This document shows positions 37,001-47,953 of a stretch of 64,000 nucleotides of DNA, piece after piece. Position 1 is the stretch's first letter. The number at the start of each line of letters is the position of its first letter. The stretch is from Eledone cirrhosa. Taxonomy: Eukaryota. The DNA is taken from assembly GCA_964016885.1 (NCBI GenBank), contig OZ024741.1, forward strand, positions 367,846,001 through 367,910,000, read 5' to 3'. The translations under genes were made by a program, and so were the position numbers. Below the pieces are notes generated by a model. It made no database searches, was not told where the DNA came from, and saw only the letters and a program-made list of their open reading frames with translations.

Positions 37001-37187
37001 CATAAAAAGGTGCAGAGCACTAGAAGTTGATGGAAACCGCGGAGTGGGGAGACCCAAGATGACTTGGGATGAGGTGATAAAAGCCGACCTTACCCAACTA
37101 CACCTCTCAAAGTCAATGACACACGACCGTGACTTCTGGCGTCACGCAGTAATACAGGGTACCCGACCTCCCATGGGTACATGCTGA
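34068..37187 (+). CDS. RTE ORF: APE endonuclease - RT - PHD-type zinc finger - thumb/C-terminus (1039 aa)
   Basis: TINV, VQETRW, SAYAPQ, GDFNGH, LDFIL, SQH; FVDLEKAFDRVP, HQGSVLSP, YADD; C4HC3 finger; LRWYGHV..GRP..W. Confidence 0.95.
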   Translation: MNLRATKHPREAPTQRPSPTSVDKCPKLRVGTINVGSMKGRAGEIVEMLERKEVDVCCVQETRWRGGSARVLVGKSQCYKFFWVGNDDGMGGVGILLADKWVDKVISVYRVNARIIKLRLVLNKTITTIISAYAPQSGLPDELKDRFYESLIHTTALTDDKDFLIIAGDFNGHVGKHCDGFNRVHGGHGVGTRNEEGFRLLEFCDANDMSICNTNFKKPDNHLITYRSGEHSSQLDFILIRGRDRWTVVNTKAFPSEECTSQHSLVVSDLTVRTRRALKQRPTWRRKIWKLKVPSTSNRFKDILLNAYDSKEEQIETFNVEENWEFLKNNLLEATDEVCGWSKTSSRRRVTWWWNNKVDEAVKAKRQAWKEWKNGGSRVHYIETKREARRQVYLARREAEDRKFKHVLQREDQKQEVFKIARQCVRDSCDVIGEKCIRNDKGELALTSAEKKDAWKSHYDRLLNEENAWEEETLPHVDPIEGPAVQVSGSVVSKAIRDMKIGKATGPSGIAAEMLKASGSVGHTITTRIVNQVILEGAIPKDWCSSIIVNCYKGKGDALDRGNYRGIKLMDQVMKVTERVIAQLIRDRVNIDEMQFGFVPGKGTTDALFLVRQLQEKYLAKSKPLYLAFVDLEKAFDRVPRAVIWWALRKLGVDEWLVKAVQAMYRGAVSKVRIGNEYSEEFSVQVGVHQGSVLSPLLFIIVLQAITEEFKTGCPWELLYADDLALIAESMVELENKFQTWKQGLERKGLKVNMTKTKVLISRRENRTQIPSGKWPCSVCRKGVGRNSILCPKCKQWVHKRCSGISGSLIKNVGFTCSSCAETASKQPQETSTTNLWEGPVETVDSFCYLGDRISNGGGCSESTITRVRTGWKKFRELLPLLAAKGFSLRMKGRLYDACIRTAMLHGSETWALKVEDLRRLERNEACMLRWMCNSNIRERQSINELRERLSIRGIKCCVQERRLRWYGHVMRMKDDSCIKRCRALEVDGNRGVGRPKMTWDEVIKADLTQLHLSKSMTHDRDFWRHAVIQGTRPPMGTC

Positions 37188-38408
37188 AGCATATAAACAA
37201 TATGCGCCCCCCCCCCCCACCGCAAGGTGGTCGTGGAGGTGCCACGGCAAAAAAGCACCCAGCCCACACTGTAAAGTGGACGTGTAGGCGCCACGAAAAA
37301 GCACCCAGCACTCACTGTAAATGAGGTTGGTGTTAGGAAGGGCATCCAGCTGTAGAAATCAAGCCAGATCAGTTCCTGTATGAGCAAGGCATGGTCAGCC
37401 GACCAGACACTGCCCACAACAGGACAACCCGTCTAACCCATGCTAGCGTGGAAGAACGGACGTAAAACGGTGATGATGATGATGATGATGAATTAAAATT
37501 GTAGTCACAATTTTAGTCAACTTTTTTTTCTTCAGAGATGAAGTTGGCCTTTTATTTTTTTTTTTCTAATTTATTTTGGATGCTGATTTCCAATTTCTTT
37601 CTTTTCTTTCTCTTATACATCTAGTTTTTTAAATCTGAGTTTATATTTCCTTTAATTTTAACACATGATGTATTGTATAACATTTTATTAAAAAATTTGT
37701 TCATTGCTTGAACTGAAACAGTCAGCATACATTTGACATAATGCCGGGGAATGGTGTGAAAATGTTTTGTCAACTTGGGAGACATGGTAAATGGAGAAGA
37801 TGGATCAAACTCTGCCAAGTAGCTAGTGCGATGCTTGGGGAACTAAGTGGTGTGTTAATGATGAGTCATTGAAGCTGAAGGGAATAGTATAATCTGCTTG
37901 TTGTGAGAATTGTTATGATTTATCAGTGTGAGACATGGAAAAAAGATTGGAAAATATAGAAATGAGAATGGTTCGGTGGATGAGCAAAGTATAACTCAAA
38001 GAAATGACAAAAAATGAATTGCAAAGGATGATGGAAATGAGAAGAAAAATTGAATGGAATAGTTAGGTCATGTATTGAAGGATGAAAGTAATTGGGTCAG
38101 ATGAATTGTAGAAAGTCAAGGAAGCAAAGAAAGATTTGGCTAAAGTTGATGGAGGAAATTAAACCCAGGTTGGTGAAGAGAATGCAGATGATAGGGGGAA
38201 ATCGAGAAGCTGGTCATGGGGATTGTAAGGCTAACCTGCATTTACAGGGGACCATGATCTTTTTGTTATTACTAGAGAATTAATTTTAACCTTATTTTCA
38301 TATCGATCAGTTAAATACACGTGTAATTGAAGAATATATATTATACACGTTTCGAGTGTTCTGATTGGTTCAATTTACGATTTTAATAAATTTGTGTATT
38401 TCTTGCAG

Positions 38409-38470
38409 CTACTACAGAAGAAGCTTTAGAACATACTGAATCAGGTGAATCTTTAGAAAAAAATATATAA
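38409..38470 (+). CDS. GEN1: Probable terminal GEN1 exon (ATTEEALEHTESGESLEKNI*)
   Basis: Strong acceptor TTTCTTGCAG, phase-1 compatible with exon 10, stop TAA, AATAAA at 38483. No homology support. Confidence 0.45.
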
Positions 38471-39509
38471 TGTATTGTAGTAAATAAAATTTCATTTGAG
38501 TGAATAATATTCTCTTTTTAATATCACTAATTTCTAACGTGGTTGGTTAGATATTGGAACTTTTGAGAATATTCCCCGATTCCAAGTACTTGATTGATAC
38601 TGTATTTAGTTTGGAAGGGTGAAAGAAAATCGACTTGAGTAAGGTATTAAATACAGAACATAGATAGGCAGTATTAAGGGGAGATAACTCTATATTCACC
38701 AGTTACTTCCCTTGGTATTTAAAGTGAGGTGAATTAATTTTTTTAATGAAAATATGGAATATAGAAAAAATGGTGTACTGAAACAATTCGCAAACATTGC
38801 ATTCAGACAAGAAAGAGACTATATCACTGTGATATATGGTAAATAATTCTCTGGAAATACTACTAAAACCAAGCACATATTCATACAGGTGAGAAAGCAC
38901 GTCACAAAACAAAAAATGAACTGCTCATTGCATTCATTCAGGAAAGCTATATCACTGTAATATAAGGAAAGATATCTTGAAGCTGGTCTTTAAAAAACTA
39001 TCAAGATTGCAGATACAATATATTGTCAAAGATCTACCCACTATAAACAAGATCTTTCAGTACATGGAGGCTATGATTGCGGTCAAAATGGGTTTCTCCA
39101 AAGTGCCTTTCAAATAGAGTTACTCAGTTGGGTGTGTAGATTGGATGTCAGGAGGAGTCACACCAAGTAGAACCATTACTTCTCCGAATTGATTGATTAG
39201 AGCTATACTAGTCATGTGGTTAGAATGTCTAAGGACAGATTTTACAGGCAAAGCCAATCAACAAGAGACCCAGGGTTGACCATGAGCAAGATGGCTGGAC
39301 AACATCTATGAGCGCAGTTGGTCCAGCTGGATCAATTGGAGAGAATTGCTTCTGATAGGACCCTCTGGAAAGTGTCTGATAACTCTGTCCTGCATGACCC
39401 TACCAGAAATTTGTTGAAGAAATTTAACGATTTTCTCGAAATAACTAGTTTACACCGTGGAAAATGTTTATTTAAAAATATGTATTATTGATAAAGTTAT
39501 AAGGAAACA

Positions 39510-39850
39510 AATTCAATGTGAAACACTAAACTGTCATGCCCCTTAGTTTACTACAATTATGTTTTCCAGATTGTTGGGTTCTGAGCCCCTGACAACACTT
39601 ATCATTAGCAGCTTGCAATACCAATGTATCGGGCAATGTCCATATTGGTGTTTGATTATATCAGTGCTTTAGTCATGCTTTCACCCATGGTAACGCTGTG
39701 AGTGTGTTGGCTTGCCTAAAAAATCATTAGAGGGAGGCTCCAGCACCCCCTTGTTGTGATGTTTTTCTTTATTATTCCCTACCCCTACCTTTTTTTTTTT
39801 TCTTTTAGGACTGTGTGTATCTGCATAGTCTTACACTTATTTAATAAGAA
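39510..39850 (+). mobile_element. CRE-clade 3' end fragment, decayed
   Basis: NYVFQ..GSEPLTT..YQCFSHAFTHGNAVSVLACL; homologous to 15440-15665 and 6430-6940. Confidence 0.7.
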
Positions 39851-39964
39851 ATGTAGTGGGATGACAGTTAAACAGGAAAGGAAAACTTTGTAAACGTTCA
39901 GGGTTAATTGATAGTCACAACAACAATTATATAAATCCTTTTTAGGAAAGATCCATAGAAATGG

Positions 39965-40555
39965 TTGATAATTAAATCACCTAGATAGAAGCTAACAGTG
40001 GAGGCAGGTGCTCTAAGAGCATAGTAGCTAGAATAAGGATAGGCTGGAAGAAGTTTAGGGAACTACTACCTCAGTTGACAACAAAAGGTTTTTTCTTCTG
40101 AATGAAAGGCTGGCTGTATATCACTTGTGTGTAAAGTGCTATGCTGCATGGCTCTGAAACATGGGCAGTGACTACAGAGGATATGCACAGGTTGGAGAGA
40201 AATGAAAAGAGCATGTTTTGGTGGATGTGCAATGTTAATGTAAGAGAATGATAGAGCTTGGATGAACTGAGAGAAAACTGGGTATAAGAAATCAGAAGTA
40301 GTGTGTAAAAGAGAAGACTGTTAGTATGGACATGTAATGTGCATGGATAGTGATTGCTGTGTAAAGAAGTGCCAAGGAAACTGCAATAGAGGAAGGCCAA
40401 GGAAGACCTGGGTAGAAGTTGTGAGAGCTGATCTCAAATTGCTGAATCCCACAGTGTAGATGACAAAGGATTGCAACATGTGGAGAGATGCTGTGCTGAA
40501 AAGGACCTGTCCAACCCATGCAAGCATGGAAAAATGGGTGTAAAAATGATGATGA
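39965..40555 (+). mobile_element. RTE 3' fragment (subfamily B-like), decayed
   Basis: RIRIGWKKFRELL..HGSETW; CCAACCCATGCAAGCATGG..GATGATG tail. Confidence 0.85.
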
Positions 40556-40691
40556 ATACTTATATTGATAACCGAAATTCATAAAAAGTATCCAAAGTTG
40601 GTTAAACACTCAACCCAAGGGATGAGCTTACTACATTCATTATGATCATGTTTCCGGAAACCAGATTTGTTTTATATATATATATATATCA

Positions 40692-42345
40692 ATCATCATC
40701 ATCATTTTAGTCCTTTTTTCCTTGCTTTCAAGGGTCCTATTCAGTACAGCATCTCTCCATTCGTCACGGTCCTTTGTCATCTCCTCCATGAGCTTCAGCG
40801 ATCTGAGGTCAGCTCTCACCACCTCTGCCCATGTTTTCCGTGGTCTTCCTCGACTGTGTCTTCTTTCTACAGGGATTTCTTGGCACTTATTTACCCAGCG
40901 GTCATCCTCCATGCACATCACATGTCCATACCAATGCAGTCTTCTCTCCTGCACACTACAGCCTATCCCTCTTATACACAGTTTCTCTCTCAACTCATCT
41001 ATGCTTGGTCATTCATGCACATTGACATTGCACATCCAACAGAGCATGCTTGCTTCATTTCTCTCCAGCTGTCGCATATCCTCCACAGTTGCTGCCCATG
41101 TCTCACTACCATGCAGCATTGTGCATCTCACACAAGCATCATATAACTGGCCTTTCGTTTGTAGGGAGAAACCTTTCTTTGTCAACAGAAGAAGCAGCTC
41201 CCTAAACTTCTTCCAGCCCATCCTTATTCTAGATACTATGGCCTTGGAGCACCCTCCTCCCTTACTAATCTGATAACCTAGGTATTAAAAGCTATCAACC
41301 ACCTCTATAGATCCTACCTGCATTTGAAAAATGCATCTATCACAGCAACTTCTACTGTCTAATTTCCCTGTACATCTACTGCATATGTAGTTTTCCCTAC
41401 CTATTAGTTTGCCTGCTATCCCACTACATCTCTTGTGTACCCAAGATCTGCATTGTGTACATTTTATAGAATTTATGCCAACTCCTTTCCTACATATCAA
41501 ACTTGGCCATTTCCCTGACGGAATCAGAGTTTTGTCCTCTTTTCTACTTAACACTTTAGTCTTAGCTATGTTCACTCTCAGGCCTCTTCATTCCAACTGC
41601 TGTTTCCATAGCCAGAATTTATTCTCTAGCTTCTCTATTGATTCTGCTATAAGTACCAGATCGTCAGCATAGGGAAGTTCCCATGGGCAGCCAGTCTTAA
41701 ACTCCTGTTATGGCTTGGAGGACTATAATGAACAAGAGCGGGCTGAGGACCAAACCCTGATACACTCCTACTTGTATCTGGAATTCCTCACTAAACTTCA
41801 TTCCTACTCTTACTTTAATGACAGCACCCCTGTACATAGCTTGCACTGTCCTCACAAGACATTCCTCTACACCTAGTTTCCTTAGGGACCACCAGATTAC
41901 AGATCGGGGTACTCTATCGAAGACCTTCTCTAGGTCAACAAAAGATATAGTGGCTTATTCTTCTCTAAGAACCTCTCTAGTTGTTGTCTCATTAAGAAGA
42001 GGGCATCTGTTATACTTTTCCCAGGCACAAAACCAAACTGCATCTCATCTAGTTTGACCCTTTCTCTAATTAGTTGCACTAATATTCTTTCTGCCACTTT
42101 CATAACCTGATCCATCAGTTTTATGCCCCTATAATTGCTCCAATCCACAACATTCCCTTTACTTTTGTAGCAATTTACAAGAATACTGCTGCACCATTCT
42201 TTGGGTATGACTCCGCCATATATAGCTTGATTGACAATGCATGCAACCAGTTTAGTTCTTACTTCTCCTGATGCCTTCAGCATCTCAGCAACTATCCCCA
42301 ACGGTCAAGCAGCCTTACCACTTTTCATTTCCTTAATTGCCTCTT
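40692..42345 (-). mobile_element. 5'-truncated RTE (subfamily B), decayed
   Basis: ORF pieces 41930-42301, 41285-41575, 41009-41221 and 40646-40993; (CAT)n tail at 40692. Confidence 0.9.
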
Positions 42346-43500
42346 TGAGTGCGAAAGAGATGCGGAGTTCATCCAGACTGAGAAGGCTACCAATGTTGGC
42401 CACAGGCAGGGCATCAATCCAGTCCCCCAAGAATTTTGTGCTTGCTGAAAGTAAGCTAGAAAATTGATCAAAGAGAGAAAACTCATCGCTAGAACAACCT
42501 TTAAAACAGCTAAATGCTGTCAGACACAACGATGGGCAAAAATGCCTGAGAGGACAGAGACCAGATGTCAATAGAGAGACGATCTACAAAATGGGTGACA
42601 GGCAGATGAAATATAGAAAAGATTGAAAGAGGTGAAGGACAAGGAGAAGTGTACTGGTACCCAGAAGTGACCTGTGAGAAACCATTTTGCTGGTTTGAGA
42701 GCTGATGAGGGTGAAGATATGTGTGTAAATTTGTTTTGAACATTGCCTTTCTTTATTTCCTTTTCTGATCACTTCTGTGTATTGGCACACTTCTCCTTGT
42801 CTTCCTCTTCTTTGTCTTTTCTATATATCATCTGCCTGTCACCCACCTTGTGGATTGTATCTGTTAACCACTAGCCGCTGGTCTCTGTCTTCTGCGGCAT
42901 TTTTGCCCATCGCTGACTTTGACAGCATTTAGTTATTTAATGGTTGTTCTGGAGATGAGTTTTCTCATTTTTATATGTATTCAAATATACTCTCACTTTG
43001 TCTCGATCAGAGACAACATTGTTTTTTCATTTAGAGAGAGCACGGGTGAAACAAATCTGAGCTCCCTTTGGGATCATGTTGATGAGCTTGAACTTAGATA
43101 GGCCCTGGAGGGCAGCAGCAAAATCCTCAACAGGAATCGGTACATCAGAGATAGATTCTGGCCTGCAAAGTAAGCCGGAGCTGAAGTGGCATTGGTTACA
43201 CATCCAGTTTGAGAAACTTTCAGCTTGAACATGGTAGCTTAGGATGGAGAGGGGAAGATGTTGGAAATAGGTTAACGATGGGGGGGGGGGACAGAATTAA
43301 CTCTGCCAGTGAGGCTCGAATGGAGGAGTAGGTGACGTTGGAGTCAAGGTAACTGTTACGTGGGTGGTCGGGTAAATAAGGGGATGAACAGGGCTAATTC
43401 CGAATGAATCCGACGATAGAGGTGGAGGGTAGATAGAGGGATACAAGTTAGCTCCCCTAGAATGAAGCGGGAGTGGTGGGGCACGGGAGGATGGTGTCTG
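42346..43500 (-). mobile_element. Internally deleted CRE-clade element: 5' region (42990-43500) and pre-zinc-knuckle segment (42346-42470)
   Basis: WMCNQC..KLINMIPKGAQICFTRALS resembles the N-terminal xIPKGAR motif; LLSASTKFLGDWIDALPVANIGSLLSLDELRISFAL resembles LLAAS..GxWLxALP..G..L...ELRI.VALR. Confidence 0.65.
42475..42967. repeat. ~490-bp imperfect inverted repeat (two ~200-bp arms, ~90-bp spacer)
   Basis: GAGAAAACTCATC..GATGGGCAAAAATGCC..GGGTGACAGGCAGATG..GACAAGGAGAAGTGT pairs with ACACTTCTCCTTGTC..CATCTGCCTGTCACCC..GGCATTTTTGCCCATCG..GATGAGTTTTCTC. Confidence 0.9.
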
Positions 43501-43569
43501 ATAGGATGTTATAAAAATCCTTTAACCATCGGCTCTCCAGGTCACTCGGCGCATGACCTTAAAATAATT

Positions 43570-43740
43570 TATATTTCAAAATAAGAAAATTAAAATACCT
43601 CGTTGCATTCACTGGGTTCATTTCGAATGTTTCGCTCTTTCTCACGCACAAGTGCGAGTCGATGAGGAAACACTAACGTCTATATACGAAATGAATCCCG
43701 TGAATCTGACGATATTTTTTCATTTTCATATTTCGAGTTC
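43570..43740. repeat. Imperfect palindrome ~250-400 bp upstream of the PSMC1 start
   Basis: ATTCACTGGGTTCATTTCG / CGAAATGAATCCCGTGAAT with outer AT-rich arms also complementary. Confidence 0.7.
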
Positions 43741-43986
43741 AATGTCAAGGATTCCATATAATTTCGCGGGCGGGAGTGGGATGGTGATATCTAGGTTGTG
43801 TCATTTCATAACTTTGTGAATATCATTTAGCAACCGATTCATACGACTTAACCTTTAAGCCAACGATACCCAAATAATTTCAAGTTAGATAACTCTGTTT
43901 AACTAAGTGGTAGGTGGCACCACTATCTAACGGAAGATGACAAAGCACATCAATTAGGAAGAAAGTATATTTATAAGCTGTTCAAA

Positions 43987-43989
43987 ATG
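43987..43989 (+). CDS. PSMC1: PSMC1 exon 1 coding part (ATG only)
   Basis: CAAAATG|GTAAGC in CpG-retaining context. Exon 2 lacks a Met, and an ATG-only first coding exon is what I recall for vertebrate PSMC1. Confidence 0.7.
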
Positions 43990-45377
43990 GTAAGCTTTTG
44001 TTTTTGTTTTTACATCCCTTAAATTATTCTCTCTCCCTCTAAACTGTCTTATACTCATCTTAATTCAAACTATAAAAATAATTTCTCCATAATTTAATAT
44101 TCGTTTGTAACAGGCTTATAACAAGACACGTAACAGAGTAAGCTATATAGCTTTGAAATAAAGCATTCCTCATCGTGATTATAAATCTCGGAATTGTTTC
44201 TTCACTCATTTAAATAACAATATGTAGTTTAATGTTTACTTAATTAAAAGGTCCGTAATGTTTACTCACTAAAAATATTCCTAATTAACATTCTTAGCCA
44301 TTACAGTATATTTAAATTTTATTTGTCAGCATAGCCATTATCATAATATATCTTATATCGGCTTACTTTAATACTCGAGGCCTGTTACCTATATATCTGT
44401 AATATACTGTGAACATTTACCTCTTCATTCTTAAAAGAACATGTAGTTATTATCATTTGGCAGAATTATTAGAGCGCCGGACGGATGCTTTGCAATATTT
44501 GTTCCGGTTTTACGTTTTGAGTTCAAATTCCGCCAACATTGACTTTTCCTTTTCATCCTTCCCAGATCGATAAAATGAAATATCAATAATGCTCTGGGAT
44601 CGATTTAATCTACTTTCTCCTCGCCCGAAATTATTTGTCTTGCGCCTAAATTAGAAAACATTATTATTTATTGTCATCTTTAGGGCGGAGCTTGGCAGTA
44701 TCAGTTATGGCCCTTTACGTTCTGAGTTCAAATCCTTTCGAAGTTAGCTTTGCCTTTCATCCTTACGGGGTCGATAAATAAAGTACCAGTAATACACAGG
44801 GGTGGTCGATTTAATCGACTGTCCCCTCCCCTTCAATTGGGAACGAAGGGTGATAAATTGTGCCAATGTAAAAAATCGTCGTTTTAATAATAATTGTTTC
44901 TACTTTTGGCACAAGGCCAGCAATTAACCAGTGCATTGCTGGTACTTCATTTTATCGACCCCGTAAGGATGAAAGGCAAAGTTAGCCTCGGCGGGATTTG
45001 AACTCAGAATGGCAAGGGCCGTAACTCTATGCGTCAACGCATGGCGTCCGACCCTCTACCGATACTGCCAATTCACTGCCGTTTCTTCCATGAAGCCACA
45101 ATCTTGTGAAACGGACAATATATTGGATAGATCGAAATTAAATTACATACTGCTACAGTAGTTGTTTTATCAACCAAAATAAGATATAAATCAGGCATTT
45201 GTTTCCTCATAACTTAATAATACATATTTTTCAATAAAATTTTGCTTAGAAACATTTTCGAAAGGTATAAATTGCGATTATGCTGATGGAAATTTTGTTA
45301 ATGAATTTCGAATTTTTTTTTTTTTTTTTTAAATTACATTAATGTATTACTACGTTAATGCATTCATTTACTGAATA

Positions 45378-47953
45378 CAGTGCAACCTCGGCTCACGAAC
45401 ATAATTCGTTCATGTAGGCTGTTGGTCATCTGAAATGTTCGTACACCGAGACTTTTTTTTCCATACGAAATGCTGGATAATACAGTGAAAGACGGATAGA
45501 TATCATCATCATCATTTTACGTCCGCTTTTCCCTGCTTGCTAGGGTGGGACGGGTCTTATTCAGCACAGCATCTCTCCACTCGTCACGGTCCTTCGTCAT
45601 CTCCACCGTGAGCTTCAATGATCTGAGGTCTGTTCTCACCACCTCCGCCCATGTTTTTCGTGGTCTACCTCTACCACGTCTTCCTTCAACTGGCATTTCC
45701 TGGCACTTCTTCACCCATCGGTCATCCTCCATGCGCATCACATGTCCATACCACCTCAGTCTCCTCTCCCGTACACTACATTCTATCCCTCTCAGACACA
45801 GTTTCTCTCTCAACACATTTATGCTGGGTCGTTCACGTACATTTACACTGCACATCCAACGGAGCATGCTTGCCTCATTTCTCGCCAGCCGTCGCATATC
45901 CTCTGCAGTTGCTGCCCATGTCTCACTACCATGCAGCATCGCGCTTTTCACACAGGCATCATACAACCGGCCTTTCGTACGCAGGGAGAAACCCTTCTTC
46001 GTCAACAGAGGAAGCAGCTCCCTAAACTTCTTCCAACCCGTCCTTATTCTAGATGCTATGGCCTCGGAACACCCTCCTCCCATGCTAATCTGATCTCCTA
46101 GGTACCGGAAGCTATCAACCACTTCTATAGCGCCCTCCTACATTTGAAAAATGTGTCTATCAATGTGACTTCTACTGTCTAATTTCCCTGTACATCTACT
46201 GCATACATATTTCTCCCTACCTGTTAGTTTGCCTGCTATCCCACTACATCTCTTGTGTACCCAGGATCTGCATTGTGTGCATTTTATAGAATTTATGCCA
46301 GTTCCTTTTCTGCATATCGAACATGGCCATTTCCCTGACGGAATCAGAGTTTTGTCCTCTTTTCTACTCATCAATACTTTTGTCTTAGCTAGGTTCACTC
46401 TCAGTCCTCTTGCTTCCAACTGCTGTTTCCATAGCCAGAATTTATTCTCTAGCTCCTCTACTGATTCTGCTATAAGAACCAGATCGTCAACATAGAGAAG
46501 TTCCCATGGACAGCCAGTCTTAAACTCCTCTGTTATGGCTTGGAGGACTATAATGAACAAGAGCGGGCTGAGGACCGAACCTTGATGTACTCCTACTTGT
46601 ATCTGGAATTCCTCACTAAACTCCATTCCTACCCTGACTTTACTGAGAGTACCTCTGTACAAAGTTTGCACTGTCCTCACAAGCCATTCCTCAAAACCAA
46701 GCTTCCTTAGGGACCACCAGATGACAGATCGGAGTACCCTATCAAAGGCCTTCTCTAGGTCAACAAAGGCTAAGTATAGTGGCTTATTTTTCTCTAAGAA
46801 CCTCTCTTGCAATTGTCTCACCAAGAAGAGGGCATCTGTTGTACTCTTCCCAGGCACGAAACCAAACTGCATCTCATCTAGTTTGACCCTTTCTCTAATT
46901 AGTTGTGCTAATATCCTTTCTGCCACTTTCATAACCTGATCTATCAGTTTTATACCCCTATAATTGCTCCTCTCCAGAGCATCCCCTTTACCTTTGTAGC
47001 AATTTATGAGAATACTGCTGCACCAGTCTTTGGGTATGACACCACCATATATAGCCTGATTGATGATGCGTGCAACCAGTTTAGTGCCTACGTCCCCTGA
47101 TGCCTTCAACATCTCAGCAACTATTCCCGATGGTCCAGCAGCCTTACCATTTTTCATTTCCCTAATCGCCTCTTGGACCCTATATTCGTCAATCTCAATA
47201 GCTGGTCCCTCTGTCGGATCTACTAAGGGTAATTTCTCTCTCTCCCATTCGTTCTCCACATTCATCAGTCTCTCATAATGACATTTCCAGGCCTCCTTTT
47301 TCTGATCATTCGTGACACTAAGTACACCGGCATCATCCCGGACACATTTATCTCCAACAACATCCTGATTTGCATTGACACACTGCCTTGCAATGTGGAA
47401 CACCGCACGCCTCTGATCTTCCCGTCGCAGAACATTGGCAAACCTCCTACTCTCCGCCGCCCTGCGTGCTAAGTACACCTGATGTCTAGCTTCTCTCTTA
47501 GTGGCTGTATATTCTTCCCTACTCCCACCCTTTTTCCAAGCCTTCTATGCTAGTCTTTTGTCTCTAATGGCCTTATCTACTGTGCTGTTCCACCACCAGG
47601 TCACTCTCTGTCTGGTTGGAGCTCTGCTCCAGCCACAATTTTCATCAGTAGCCTGCAGCAAGTTGTCATGTAAGAAATTCCAGTTATTATCTATGTCATA
47701 CGTCTCTAAATCGTCTTCTTTTTCGTCATATACATCTTGAAGGGCTTTCCTAAATTTGTATTTTAGTGAAAGGTCTTTTAGCTTCCAGACCTTTCTTCTC
47801 CACACCTTCCTATATGTCTCATTCCATCTCTTGCTTACTGAGATATCACTAACGACTAACCTATGCTGTGGGGTACATTCTTCCCCAGGGTATGCCTTGG
47901 TATATCACCATAGTAACTAACTACACAGGCATACGTGAACCGAGGTTCCACTG
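45378..47953. mobile_element. Tc1/pogo-type MITE split by an RTE insertion
   Basis: TA-flanked TIRs CAGTGCAACCTCGGCTCACG / CGTGAACCGAGGTTCCACTG. Confidence 0.75.
45503..47901 (-). mobile_element. 5'-truncated RTE (subfamily B) with few lesions
   Basis: ORFs 47545-47805, 46138-47478 (YVDD, PHD) and 45517-46122; (CAT)n tail; ATATCA at both junctions. Confidence 0.92.

Larger units (their letters stand above)
33457..37490 (+). mobile_element. Full-length RTE LINE (subfamily A) with 5' tandem repeats, intact ORF and (GAT)n tail
   Basis: ~600-bp 5' UTR, 1039-aa ORF, ~300-bp 3' UTR, tail GATGATGATG. The 5' boundary is approximate. Confidence 0.92.

Noticed and set aside
34508-37417. Antisense ORFs (up to 209 aa) over the RTE copies, also at 21240-22814, 45545-47278 and 60064-62613
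   Set aside because: Shadow frames of the LINE ORF with no independent motifs.
39570-39592. Alternative GEN1 terminal exon (DCWVLSP*) after TGTTTTCCAG
   Set aside because: The acceptor lies inside a CRE remnant (NYVFQ) and has no supporting homology.
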